The notes under the pieces are model-generated. The model was not told the DNA's origin and ran no database searches. It saw only the letters and a program-made list of their open reading frames with translations. A DNA stretch of 64,000 bases, from positions 133,401 to 197,400 of the forward strand of contig MFPT01000002.1 in the NCBI GenBank assembly GCA_001782805.1, written 5' to 3'. Numbering within the stretch: the stretch's first letter is position 1; the number at the start of each line of letters is the position of its first letter. This stretch comes from Candidatus Magasanikbacteria bacterium RIFCSPHIGHO2_01_FULL_41_23 (lineage in GTDB: Bacteria > Patescibacteriota > Patescibacteriia > Magasanikbacterales > UBA922). The translations under genes were made by a program, and so were the position numbers. Positions 9,521 to 19,479 of the stretch are shown in pieces.

Positions 9521-10552
9521 GACCCTCGAACGCGCCTCCACATCGCTCTTACTGAAGTGCAACCGCGAATCGCCCGTAAGGAAAAGCGCGCACGGCGCAG
9601 TACCATCGGAAAAGAGCCCGGAGGAAATAAAACGAGTGTATCCGGATTTATCCAGTGGAGTTAAATTTTGCGGAAGATGGCTGGGATTGTGTTTAGTATA
9701 CTGTTCCTGTACTTCTTGGGTATGAAGTGATTGAAGCGCCGCGTATTCAGTGGGTATAAGATCAGTATCATCATAAAGATCCGGTTTTTCTTTGTGTAAT
9801 TTTGTTAATTCTTCTTTCTGTTGATCATAATCCAGCAAGGTAGTGCCGGGATCAGGTTCAGTCGTTGGTTTTGTCCATACAATATACGGTCGATCAGGAA
9901 CAGAACGAAAGAAACTATTCGCGGGATCAGTAGTTGGATCAGTCATTTTTTCATTGTATTTGTTTGTATCAATAAAAGAATTTTCTACAACTTTAGGCTT
10001 TCCATTCTCTATCCACTCCGGTTTCAGATTTTTTAAGGATTCATCCCATTTTTTCATTTGGGCTTGCCTGCCGGGCATTACTATGGGAATCATACCTGCC
10101 AACATTCTTTTTTCTATTTTTTTCATTTCTTCCGGAGTAGAGACGGCTTCGATGAGCTGATCTTTGTTATTCTGGATGTCTGTTGTCCATTCACTCAAAT
10201 TTTGTTCAGTGTATCTGGCACAGTTTCTTTCAATTACCGTATCCAAATTAAAGATCATTTCTTTTTGTTCCGCACATTCTGGGTGATCGGCAGGGAGACC
10301 AGCCTCTTTTAATGCTTCGGCGTAGGGATTGAGGGCATGGTGAACCGTAATTTCCACGACTAACTCACGGGATAATTCAGCCATACCAGACTCGAGTTCA
10401 ATTTTGAGTTGTTTGGCTCGTTCCAAAGCATCTTTGGCTTCGGCGGGAGTGGTGGCTCCGGTCTGGGCTAGTTCCAGATACTTTAAAAATTCCTCTTTGA
10501 GGATATTAAGGGCATTGAGGCGAGTGTTTGCTTGGAGGCAGGAAAGAGGCAT
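9494..10552 (-). CDS. hypothetical protein (352 aa)
   Basis: Long ORF with a coiled-coil-like N-terminus and no recognisable catalytic motif; its stop codon lies inside repeat copy 1. Confidence 0.5.
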   Translation of the reverse strand: MPLSCLQANTRLNALNILKEEFLKYLELAQTGATTPAEAKDALERAKQLKIELESGMAELSRELVVEITVHHALNPYAEALKEAGLPADHPECAEQKEMIFNLDTVIERNCARYTEQNLSEWTTDIQNNKDQLIEAVSTPEEMKKIEKRMLAGMIPIVMPGRQAQMKKWDESLKNLKPEWIENGKPKVVENSFIDTNKYNEKMTDPTTDPANSFFRSVPDRPYIVWTKPTTEPDPGTTLLDYDQQKEELTKLHKEKPDLYDDTDLIPTEYAALQSLHTQEVQEQYTKHNPSHLPQNLTPLDKSGYTRFISSGLFSDGTAPCALFLTGDSRLHFSKSDVEARSRVGFRPAARS

Positions 10553-10559
10553 AAAGAAG

Positions 10560-11969
10560 CTAAATTAAAAACAAAAACACATAGTACGGAATAAAATAGA
10601 CAGTTTGGCCATTCACTTCTTTGCGGTTCATTTCATCTCGGGTTATCACCACACCGTATGTCAATTTTTTTTGTTTCATATAATCTGTCATAACCCGCAG
10701 ATCCTTCACATTGATGGTTCGAGAAAATTTAACCTCAATCGGCACTTGGGTATTTTTTTCCAGTACAATAAAATCAATTTCTTTTTGTCCTTGTCGCCAG
10801 AAACTCAGAGATTCGGTAATACCAGTCCCTTTATACTTTTGTTTCAGCACAATATACACACTATTTTCAATTATTTTTCCAAAGGCCTCCGGAACTTGAT
10901 CAAGATGATTTTCAGTATAGTGATTGAGAGCACAGGTAAAATTAACACACGGAGTATATAATTTTTTCAAAATCCGACCGCGTTTTATGAGGCTCTTATG
11001 ATACTTATACAAAATTTCAAACAAGTAACTTTCTTTTAAGTATTCAAAATATTTTTCAACGGTTTTTTTTGAAATCTCAATCTCTCTACCGATATTGGTT
11101 AATTCAAAAATAGAGCCAATATTATTAAGGAGGTGTCGTGTGATTAATTTAAACTCATCGGCCTTTTCAATATTAAAAATTCTAATGCAATCCAATTGAA
11201 TTTTTCCGATGACTGACTCCACAATATATTCGTGCCTTTGATCAGCGTTGGGTAATTTTCTAGTTTCGGGAAATTGTCCGGTCACCAAATATTCCCTACT
11301 CAGATCAGCGATTATTTTGCCATAGTAGGCATCGTATTGACTTAATGTGCTATAGTTATACGGAAGACTGAATACATCAAATGATAAAGTTGTCTCAACC
11401 TTTTCACCATTAATTCTTAAAAATTCACGGAATGATAGTGGCGGCAAATAGAAATCAAAAATACGGCCGGCCAAACTTTCCCGATTCTTACCTTTCAACA
11501 AGACACTTTGCGATCCGGTAATTATAAATTTAATTTTCTTGCCGGATAAATCGTAGTATCGTTTCAGAACTGATTGCCAATTATCGATGTATTGAATTTC
11601 GTCTAAAAAAATATATATCTGCTCTCCCTGTCCAAAAGAGAGGCTCGGATTATGTATGACATCCTTAAAATAAAGAGATAGGACTTCATCTAAAAATTCT
11701 GTTTTCTGGATTTGGCTGGCATAATCAAAGAGGAAATAAAAAATGTGAGTGGGTTTTGTTTTTTTGGCCAGTAGCTTGGCGATTAGTTGCTTAAGCAGAG
11801 TACTCTTGCCCACCCGTCGCAAACCAACAATGTTGAGTATGAGTGTATGCTCCAAATTATCCTCAAGAATGGAAAACAAATCTCTAGTGGGAAAATCTGA
11901 TTCTTCGATAATATGGCGGTCATTATTCCACCATGGATTTTTTAAATCCAATTCTTGCTTCGTGGGCAT
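10560..11969 (-). CDS. AAA+ ATPase, DUF4143 family (COG1373-like)
   Basis: Walker A GLRRVGKST, Walker B IFLDEIQ, long C-terminal DUF4143-like region. Confidence 0.75.
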   Translation of the reverse strand: MPTKQELDLKNPWWNNDRHIIEESDFPTRDLFSILEDNLEHTLILNIVGLRRVGKSTLLKQLIAKLLAKKTKPTHIFYFLFDYASQIQKTEFLDEVLSLYFKDVIHNPSLSFGQGEQIYIFLDEIQYIDNWQSVLKRYYDLSGKKIKFIITGSQSVLLKGKNRESLAGRIFDFYLPPLSFREFLRINGEKVETTLSFDVFSLPYNYSTLSQYDAYYGKIIADLSREYLVTGQFPETRKLPNADQRHEYIVESVIGKIQLDCIRIFNIEKADEFKLITRHLLNNIGSIFELTNIGREIEISKKTVEKYFEYLKESYLFEILYKYHKSLIKRGRILKKLYTPCVNFTCALNHYTENHLDQVPEAFGKIIENSVYIVLKQKYKGTGITESLSFWRQGQKEIDFIVLEKNTQVPIEVKFSRTINVKDLRVMTDYMKQKKLTYGVVITRDEMNRKEVNGQTVYFIPYYVFLFLI

Positions 11970-12080
11970 ATATGTGCTGTATGCTTAAAATATCAATTTA
12001 AGGATACCAGACTTATACTGTATTGTAAATAGCCAAAAAATGCTTTAATTTAGCTATTTTTACCAGATATTTTGAAAATA

Positions 12081-12157
12081 CAAAAAACTTAAACTAAAAA
12101 AATAAATAAACTGAAGTGCCAAACTTAAATTTATGACCTCGCCGCGGGACGGAACCC
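12081..12157. repeat. direct repeat, copy 2 (pairs with 9445-9520)
   Basis: Identical to copy 1 apart from one extra A in the leading A-run. Confidence 0.9.
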
Positions 12158-12420
12158 ATTCTTCGAATTCGCTTCCACATCGTACCCATCGAAGTTCAAC
12201 TGCGAGAAATATCTTTGGCAAAACTGGCGAGCAAGCGTTTGCGAGAATCAATGAATGACTGAACTTCTTGTTGGAAATCAGTTTGTTCCGGAGTTAACTC
12301 CGTGGATTTTTTCTTATCAGGTTTAGACGACGCAGATGGTTCAGGTGTTTCATTTTCATCTCCCGCAACCCGAAATACATCAGGCGCTAAACCACTGCGG
12401 AGTGACTCAAATTCTGACAT
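12131..12420 (-). pseudogene. frameshifted small paralog of the C-terminus of the 352-aa protein
   Basis: 74-aa ORF (12196-12420) ends ...FAKDISRS; in the -1 frame the sequence continues QLNFDGYDVEANSKNGFRPAARS, matching ...SRLHFSKSDVEARSRVGFRPAARS of the 352-aa protein. Confidence 0.35.
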
Positions 12421-12494
12421 AAAAAATCTCTTTTAATCGACAAATTGAAGATCGAGGATAGTATACTTTTTTAGTTATTAATATGCAAACCCAA

Positions 12495-13868
12495 CTATAT
12501 TTCCACCGTCTCCCCAAACTCCGGCACAAACGTCTCAATCTGATACATATCGCGCAAACGATGCGCCAATTCCGTGGCCGCGTGCGGCTCGCCATGCGTA
12601 CAAAAAACTTTTTTGGGAATTCCTGCTTGCCCTGAGCTTGTCGAATGGGCCGAACCAACCCACTCCACTAATTTTTTCTGATCCGCATGCGCGGACAAAC
12701 CACCGATCGCCTTAACCGTGCAACGCACGGCAATTTCCGCGCCATGAATTTTTACATGACTGGCACCTTCATATAATCGCCGTCCTAAAGTCCCTTGTGC
12801 CTGATATCCCACAATAATTAAGGTGGATTTGGGATCGGACAAATAGCGTTGCGCGTGATGCAAAATCCGGCCACCATTCATCATACCTGCGCCCGCGATC
12901 ACCATTTTGGACCCACGAACAGAATTGATTGTTTTTGATTCATCGCGCGTGCGTGTAATTTTCAATTGCGGAAAATTTAAAAAGTCATCGCCCAACATAA
13001 CTTCTTTGGCCGCTTCCGCATCGTAGTATTCGCGATGACGTTTAAACACTTCGGTCGCTTCAATCGCCAATGGGCTATCCAAAAAAACGGGAATCAGCGG
13101 CAAGCTATGTTCATGTTCTTGCAATTTGTGCAATTCAAATAAAAATTCTTGCGTCCGTTCAATGGAGAACGCCGGAACCATAATGGTTCCACCACGTTTG
13201 ACCGCTTCGGCAATTAAGCGCGCAATAATTTCCGTACGCGTTTCTTTATCTTCGTGCACACGATCGCCATAAGTTGATTCAATCACGAGTGCGTCCAGAG
13301 GCGATAAATTTTCCGTATCTTTTAAAATCGGAACATTCACATTCCCCACATCACCGGAAAACGCGATCCGTTTGCCTTCGGCCGAAATTTCAATAAAAGC
13401 CGCGCCGAAAATATGTCCGGAATCGCGAAAAATAGCATTAACTCCCCCATCCAAATCCACAACTTCGTGATAATTCACACCATGAAATAATGCCGCGGTT
13501 TTGATAACATCTTCTTGACTGTATAAAACCGGCTTATTGAATTTACGTTCATCGTACGACATCACGCTCCACGCATCGTCCATTACCAAACGCGCCAATT
13601 CCAATGTCCCTTCAGTTCCATAAATTTTCCCAGCAAAACCTTCTTTAACCAATTTGGGCAAACGGCCAACATGATCCAAATGCGCGTGCGTGACTAAAAC
13701 CGCGTCAATTTTCTGTGGATCAAACGGAAACGCGTCATGATTTTTTTTCTCATTAAAATCCGATCCCTGAAACATGCCGCAATCAACCAAAATTTTCTGA
13801 TTGCCGACTGAAAGCAAATAACATGATCCGGTCACTTCATGACTCGCGCCGCAAAATTTTATTTCCAT
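12495..13868 (-). CDS. beta-CASP family metallo-beta-lactamase-fold ribonuclease (RNase J/CPSF-like)
   Basis: HAHLDH metal-binding motif, MBL fold followed by a beta-CASP region, 457 aa. Confidence 0.75.
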   Translation of the reverse strand: MEIKFCGASHEVTGSCYLLSVGNQKILVDCGMFQGSDFNEKKNHDAFPFDPQKIDAVLVTHAHLDHVGRLPKLVKEGFAGKIYGTEGTLELARLVMDDAWSVMSYDERKFNKPVLYSQEDVIKTAALFHGVNYHEVVDLDGGVNAIFRDSGHIFGAAFIEISAEGKRIAFSGDVGNVNVPILKDTENLSPLDALVIESTYGDRVHEDKETRTEIIARLIAEAVKRGGTIMVPAFSIERTQEFLFELHKLQEHEHSLPLIPVFLDSPLAIEATEVFKRHREYYDAEAAKEVMLGDDFLNFPQLKITRTRDESKTINSVRGSKMVIAGAGMMNGGRILHHAQRYLSDPKSTLIIVGYQAQGTLGRRLYEGASHVKIHGAEIAVRCTVKAIGGLSAHADQKKLVEWVGSAHSTSSGQAGIPKKVFCTHGEPHAATELAHRLRDMYQIETFVPEFGETVEI

Positions 13869-13924
13869 ATTTTGAGGTTATTTTTTAATTAAAACTAGTA
13901 TATACAAATTCGACCAAAGATGCT

Positions 13925-14647
13925 ATGCTGTCACCAACTATGATCCGACGTCCCGCTGATATTACTATTGAAGAACCGCCCATTGAAAAGCTGACCAGAC
14001 AACATTCCTGCCTTCGCCGCAGTTGTTTTTCTTGTCTGTCTTTTTTGCTGATAATTCTGGGAATTTCCTTATTGATTCTAAAATTTACCTTAAACGCGCA
14101 AACCAAAGAACTAAAAAAAATCCCCGCGGAAATAAGTCGGGCTGTGCCCGTCTATGATCCGGATAATATTGAATCCATCAGCCTAACTGCGGGCAGTGAA
14201 CGGAGTCGCGGTGTGGAAATGGCCGCATTTTTGCCCAAACTGATGGTGGCGCCGATTATCTTAACATTGGATCGCGGGAATAATATTATTAAAACCTATC
14301 GACCCGATGTCGTCAATCAAATTTCGGAAAAAACATCGTGGTTTGATAAATTCTTGATTTTAATTAAAACCAATGTGGCTGATCATCGGGATGAAATTCG
14401 TTTGGAATGGAAAAAATTACCGACTGACGCGAAATTTATTCAGGAATATTATGATACTGAATTAAAAAAACAAGGATTTATAATTACGAGTCACAGTGAC
14501 ACTGAACATATCCGCCAATTCACTTTTTCCAAAAACGGCATTGAAGGCAGTGTCTATACCGAAGATAATCCCACAACTCCGGAAACTGACACGGTTATTC
14601 TAACCATTACCATGACCGCGACCTCAACCCAAAACTATGTCAATTAA
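13925..14647 (+). CDS. hypothetical membrane-anchored protein
   Basis: One N-terminal TM helix (CLSFLLIILGISLLILKF); overlaps corA by 11 nt. Confidence 0.45.
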   Translation: MLSPTMIRRPADITIEEPPIEKLTRQHSCLRRSCFSCLSFLLIILGISLLILKFTLNAQTKELKKIPAEISRAVPVYDPDNIESISLTAGSERSRGVEMAAFLPKLMVAPIILTLDRGNNIIKTYRPDVVNQISEKTSWFDKFLILIKTNVADHRDEIRLEWKKLPTDAKFIQEYYDTELKKQGFIITSHSDTEHIRQFTFSKNGIEGSVYTEDNPTTPETDTVILTITMTATSTQNYVN

Positions 14648-15572
14648 AACTATTACCGAGGGAAATATTTCTTGGATTCATATTGAATCGGTTACTCCGG
14701 AAGTAATTGAATTTTTGCGCACGACCTATCGTTTTCATACGCTTGATTTGGAAGATGTGGCCAGCGAAAGCACGCATATTCCCAAACTGGATACGTATCG
14801 CAATTATCTTTTTTTGGTTTTGCATTTTCCCCAGTGGAATCACAGTGAAAAGAAAGTGGAAATTTTTGAAGTTGATTTTTTTGTGGGTGATACCTACGTG
14901 ATTAGTATTCAGCATGGAAAAAATAAAGAAATGACCGGTTTTTTTTATCGCTGTCTCAAAAATCGTCGAATTAAGCAAGACTGGATGAGCGGCCAATCAG
15001 GCTTTTTATTGTATAATTTGGTCGTGTCATTATATCGCGAAGCTCGTCCGATATTAAATAATATCGGCAAGCATATTTCACTCGTGGAAAAAGAAGTTTT
15101 TTCCGGAGATCAAGGCACGCATTTAATTAAAGAACTGGCGTATCATCGGCGCAATATTTTAATGTTCGGCAGTATTATTGAGCCGCAACGCCATCTTATG
15201 ACTAATCTGGCGCATATTCGCCGGCCATTTTTAGACGAAAGTTTAACCGTTTATTTTGATGATGTGCATGATCATTTGGATAAACTTTGGTCCATTATTG
15301 AAGCGTACAAAGAAAATGTCCATGGACTCTACATTACAGTGGAATCAATTATCAACCAACGAACGAGTAAAGTTTTGACGATTCTAACGGTAATTTCCGT
15401 TTCTCTTTTGCCTCATACTCTGCTTTTCAATTTATATGGTATGAATCTACCCGGACTTCCTCTGGCCAAACATCCTAATTTGGTCTGGGGACTTATCATC
15501 GCCTTATCAATTGGAGTTATGACCGGTTTGGTTTTTGTTCTGCGACGAATGAAACGTCAAGGATGGTTTTAA
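14637..15572 (+). CDS. corA: magnesium/cobalt transporter CorA
   Basis: C-terminal two-TM region containing the YGMN signature (LFNLYGMNLPGLP). Confidence 0.85.
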   Translation: MSIKTITEGNISWIHIESVTPEVIEFLRTTYRFHTLDLEDVASESTHIPKLDTYRNYLFLVLHFPQWNHSEKKVEIFEVDFFVGDTYVISIQHGKNKEMTGFFYRCLKNRRIKQDWMSGQSGFLLYNLVVSLYREARPILNNIGKHISLVEKEVFSGDQGTHLIKELAYHRRNILMFGSIIEPQRHLMTNLAHIRRPFLDESLTVYFDDVHDHLDKLWSIIEAYKENVHGLYITVESIINQRTSKVLTILTVISVSLLPHTLLFNLYGMNLPGLPLAKHPNLVWGLIIALSIGVMTGLVFVLRRMKRQGWF

Positions 15573-15584
15573 AGAAAAATTAGT

Positions 15585-17174
15585 GTGATCAAAAAAATTT
15601 TTTCAACTCAATCGCATACCATTACGGGCGCGGCCATTATTTTGGGCGGAGCGTCTTTTTTAAGCAGATTAATTGGATTGTTGCGCGACCGATTATTTGC
15701 GCATTATTTTGGCGCGGGCGATATTCTTGATGCGTATTATGCCGCATTTAGAATTCCGGATTTTTTGTTTAATATTTTGTTGGCCGGAGCAATAACGGCC
15801 GGATTCATTCCTATTTTTTGGGAATTATGGCAAAAAAATAAAAATGACGCGTGGCGATTAACGAATAACATTCTAATACTAACCGGAGTTCTTATGGCCT
15901 TGGGTAGTATGGTCGCGTTTATCTGCGCGCCACAATTAACAAAAATGTTGACTCCCGGATTTAGCGCGGAAAAATTGGCATTGACAACTCAGCTTACGCG
16001 CATAATGCTTTTGTCGCCAATTCTTTTGGGATTGAGCGGAGTGATTTCCAGTGTCTTGCATTCGTTTCGACAATTTGTCGCTTTTTCTTTGGCTCCGCTT
16101 ATCTATAATAGCGCGATTATCCTTGGCACTATTTTTTTAGTGCCAATTCTGGGACCAATTGGTTTGGCTTGGGGAGTAGTAATGGGAGCTCTTTTACATT
16201 TATTAATTCAATTGCCCGCGGCCATTAGCCAAGGATATTATTTTCACTGGATATTTAATTTAAAAGATTCGGCAACACGATCAGTCATAAAATTGGTAAT
16301 TCCCCGCACATTGGCAATGGTCGCATTACAAACTAATTTTTTAGTTTTGACGATCATGGCTTCCACTCTTGCCATTGGCAGTATTGCTGTTTTTAATCTC
16401 GCGCAAAATTTATACTATGTTCCTATCGGATTAATCGGGCAATCATTTGCTTTGGCCGCTTTTCCGATTTTTGCCAAAGCAGTGGTGGAAAAAAATGATG
16501 ACGAATTAGTCCGTCATTTTGGCAATGTAGTGCGACAAATATTGTTCTTGATAATCCCTGGAACAATTCTTCTTATATTGTTTCGGGCGCAAATTGTACG
16601 TGTGGTTTTGGGTTCAGGAAAATTTAATTGGACTGACACCATTTTGACATCTGACACGCTGGCGCTTCTTGCGATTTCCTTAACCGCGCATTGTATTATG
16701 CTTATTACGGCCCGGGCTTTGTACGCCTATAAAGATGCGTGGTCAACCGTATGGGCCGGATTGATTGGTGTGGCAATCACAGTATTCTTGAGTATTTTTT
16801 TAAAAAATTATTGGGGAATACGCGGTTTAGGTTTAGCATTATCCGCCTCAATTATTATTCAAACCGCTCTCTTATGGGTTGTATTACGCCGACGAGTAAA
16901 TAATCTGGAAGAAGGTAAAATTATGACTGCTCTCGCAAAAATTTCTTTGGGAAGTGTGGTCTTGGGAATAGTAGCGCAAATAACCAAGTATGGTGTGGCC
17001 GGTGTCGTGGATATGACCCGATGGTGGGGCATCTTGAGTCAAGGCTTAATTTGTGGTACTGTAGGAATTCTCGCCTATGGTTTTGTTTGCCATATTCTAA
17101 AGCTGGAAGAAATGGAATTGTTCAAAGAAAGTTTTAAAAAACGCTGGCTTAAGATTTGGCATGTTACCGAGTAA
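15585..17174 (+). CDS. murJ: lipid II flippase MurJ/MviN
   Basis: 529-aa polytopic protein; N-terminus LSRLIGLLRDRLFAHYFGAGDILDAYYAAFRIPDFLFN is typical of MurJ. Confidence 0.85.
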   Translation: MIKKIFSTQSHTITGAAIILGGASFLSRLIGLLRDRLFAHYFGAGDILDAYYAAFRIPDFLFNILLAGAITAGFIPIFWELWQKNKNDAWRLTNNILILTGVLMALGSMVAFICAPQLTKMLTPGFSAEKLALTTQLTRIMLLSPILLGLSGVISSVLHSFRQFVAFSLAPLIYNSAIILGTIFLVPILGPIGLAWGVVMGALLHLLIQLPAAISQGYYFHWIFNLKDSATRSVIKLVIPRTLAMVALQTNFLVLTIMASTLAIGSIAVFNLAQNLYYVPIGLIGQSFALAAFPIFAKAVVEKNDDELVRHFGNVVRQILFLIIPGTILLILFRAQIVRVVLGSGKFNWTDTILTSDTLALLAISLTAHCIMLITARALYAYKDAWSTVWAGLIGVAITVFLSIFLKNYWGIRGLGLALSASIIIQTALLWVVLRRRVNNLEEGKIMTALAKISLGSVVLGIVAQITKYGVAGVVDMTRWWGILSQGLICGTVGILAYGFVCHILKLEEMELFKESFKKRWLKIWHVTE

Positions 17175-17182
17175 AAAATTAA

Positions 17183-17330
17183 GGTTCCCTGCAAATCTTT
17201 TTCTGAGACCCTCACCCATTCGACTAACGCTCACTTCGTGGTGACCTCAGTGGAACCAGGGTATCGGGCTCAAAAAAGCTTTAGGAGTTTATCCCGACTT
17301 TTGTCGGGAGTCCACCTTAATTTTTTTGAA
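17183..17330 (+). repeat. intergenic hairpin/terminator repeat element, copy A
   Basis: ctgcaaatctttttctgag...ctcaaaaaagctttaggagtttatcccgacttttgtcggga plus a T-run; conserved arms shared with 32022-32121 and 35352-35400. Confidence 0.7.
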
Positions 17331-17338
17331 CATACTAT

Positions 17339-19129
17339 ATGATGGAAAAAACTCGAAATTTCTGCATCATCGCGCACATTGATCACGGCAAATCCACGCT
17401 GGCCGATCGTTTTTTGGAAATTACCGGCACCGTGGATAAACGACATATGAAAAACCAAATACTGGATCAAATGGAATTGGAACAGGAACGCGGAATTACG
17501 ATCAAACTTCAGCCAGTGCGCATGAAATATCAGGATTATATAATGAATTTAATTGACACGCCGGGTCATGTGGATTTTACCTATGAAGTTTCGCGTTCGC
17601 TCGCGGCGGTGGAAGGAGCGATTTTGTTGGTTGACGCGTCGCAAGGCGTACAAGCGCAAACAATTGCCAATTTATATTTGGCATTGGAACAAAATTTAAC
17701 AATTATTCCCGTATTAAATAAAATTGATTTGCCCAACGCGGATGTGACCAAAACCAGCGCGGAAATAATTCATTTGCTTGGTTGTAAACCGGAAGAAATT
17801 TTGACTTGTTCCGGAAAAACCGGCTTGGGTGTTGCCGAACTTTTGCAAGCCGTGATTGAACGTGTTCCTCCGCCACAGGCTGGCAATCCTGATATTGTCC
17901 GTGGTTTGATTTTTGATTCTTTTTATGATGATTATCGCGGAGTGGTGGCATCGGTCAGATTAAAAGATGGCGATTTAAAAAAAGGCGATAAAATTTTACT
18001 CATGGGCACGGACGCAGTGGCTGATGTTCTTGACACGGGACATTACGCGCCACAATTGGTTTCCGATGGTGTGTTGGCCAATGGCCAGATTGGTTTTGTG
18101 GTCACAGGATTAAAAGAATTGGGACAAGTGCGCGTGGGTGATACGATTACACTGGCAAAAACTCCGGCCACCGAACAATTGCCCGGATATAAAGAAGTAA
18201 AACCCATGGTGTTCGCGGGAATTTTTCCGCAAGAAGGCGACGATTATAATTCTTTGCGCGAGGCCATGGATCGACTAAAACTAAGTGATTCAGCGCTGAT
18301 GTATGAACCGGAACATAGTCAAGCTTTGGGATTTGGTTTTCGGTGTGGATTTTTGGGAATGTTGCATTTGGATATTTTTCAAGAACGTCTCAAACGCGAA
18401 TTTGGTTTGCATATTATTGCGACTGTGCCGAGCGTGGCTTATCATGTTTTTTTGACTAATGGCGAACAACTAACGGTTAAAAGTCCGCAAGATTTGCCCG
18501 AAGTGCAACGCATTGAGCATATTGAAGAACCATGGATGACGCTTGATGTAATAACTCCGGCCGAATATATCGGCAACATTATGAACTTGACCGTTGAACG
18601 CCAAGGATTGTACCAAAATACGGAGTATCTCAGTACCGGATCTGGCCAACGCGCGATCGTCCATTTTGAAATTCCGCTCGCCTCGCTGATTACGGATTTT
18701 TATGATAAATTAAAAACGGTCACGAGCGGCTACGCGTCAATGAATTATGATTTTAAAAATTACCGCGTGGCTGACGTGGTGCGACTGGATATGGTGATTG
18801 CCGAAACAATGGAAGAAGCTTTGGCCATGTTGGTCTGGCGCGATCACAGTTACGCCGTGGGCAAAAAAATTTGCGAATCTTTAAAGGAAACATTACCACG
18901 TCACCAATTTGAAATCAAAATTCAAGCCGTGATTGGCGGCAAAATTATCGCGAGCGAACGCATTTCACCGATGCGCAAAGATGTCACGGCCAAATTATAT
19001 GGCGGCGATGTCACGCGCAAAAATAAATTGCTGGATAAACAAAAAAAAGGGAAAAAGAAAATGATGGCCATGGGGAAAGGGAAAGTGGAGATTCCGACCG
19101 AAGCGTATTTGGCGGTTTTAAAACGATAA
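17339..19129 (+). CDS. lepA: elongation factor 4 (LepA)
   Basis: G domain AHIDHGKST, DTPGHVDF, NKID; LepA-specific C-terminal domain. Confidence 0.95.
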   Translation: MMEKTRNFCIIAHIDHGKSTLADRFLEITGTVDKRHMKNQILDQMELEQERGITIKLQPVRMKYQDYIMNLIDTPGHVDFTYEVSRSLAAVEGAILLVDASQGVQAQTIANLYLALEQNLTIIPVLNKIDLPNADVTKTSAEIIHLLGCKPEEILTCSGKTGLGVAELLQAVIERVPPPQAGNPDIVRGLIFDSFYDDYRGVVASVRLKDGDLKKGDKILLMGTDAVADVLDTGHYAPQLVSDGVLANGQIGFVVTGLKELGQVRVGDTITLAKTPATEQLPGYKEVKPMVFAGIFPQEGDDYNSLREAMDRLKLSDSALMYEPEHSQALGFGFRCGFLGMLHLDIFQERLKREFGLHIIATVPSVAYHVFLTNGEQLTVKSPQDLPEVQRIEHIEEPWMTLDVITPAEYIGNIMNLTVERQGLYQNTEYLSTGSGQRAIVHFEIPLASLITDFYDKLKTVTSGYASMNYDFKNYRVADVVRLDMVIAETMEEALAMLVWRDHSYAVGKKICESLKETLPRHQFEIKIQAVIGGKIIASERISPMRKDVTAKLYGGDVTRKNKLLDKQKKGKKKMMAMGKGKVEIPTEAYLAVLKR

Positions 19130-19318
19130 ATTATTAATTATTTATAGTGAGTTTTTATCGAACTATGTACGAAAGCAAATATTTTAAAATCATTTGGACA
19201 ATCATTTCCATTATCGCGGTCGGTGCCATGTTATTTTTTACCATTTTGCCGGCGTTTTATTAATCTTTGAATCAAATCAATTTAAATTAACATAAATTAA
19301 ATCAATATTAATCAACAT

Positions 19319-19353
19319 TAATTTCAGTAGTAGGTAATTTTGTTTTTCAGTAA
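19319..19353. repeat. 35-bp perfect inverted repeat, left arm
   Basis: taatttcagtagtaggtaattttgtttttcagtaa is the exact reverse complement of 19445-19479. Confidence 0.9.
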
Positions 19354-19444
19354 AACTCGCTATTCTTCTCCTCTCCCTAGTTTCTATCCCTATTGACAGC
19401 TAATCTATATATAACCAAGCCAGTGGAAAGGATGCTCGTACACA

Positions 19445-19479
19445 TTACTGAAAAACAAAATTACCTACTACTGAAATTA
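19445..19479. repeat. 35-bp perfect inverted repeat, right arm
   Basis: ttactgaaaaacaaaattacctactactgaaatta; a 91-bp spacer separates the arms. Confidence 0.9.

Noticed and set aside
17270-17470. 66-aa minus-strand ORF and other short ORFs overlapping lepA and murJ
   Set aside because: They are antisense to strongly supported genes and overlap the intergenic repeat element; no support.
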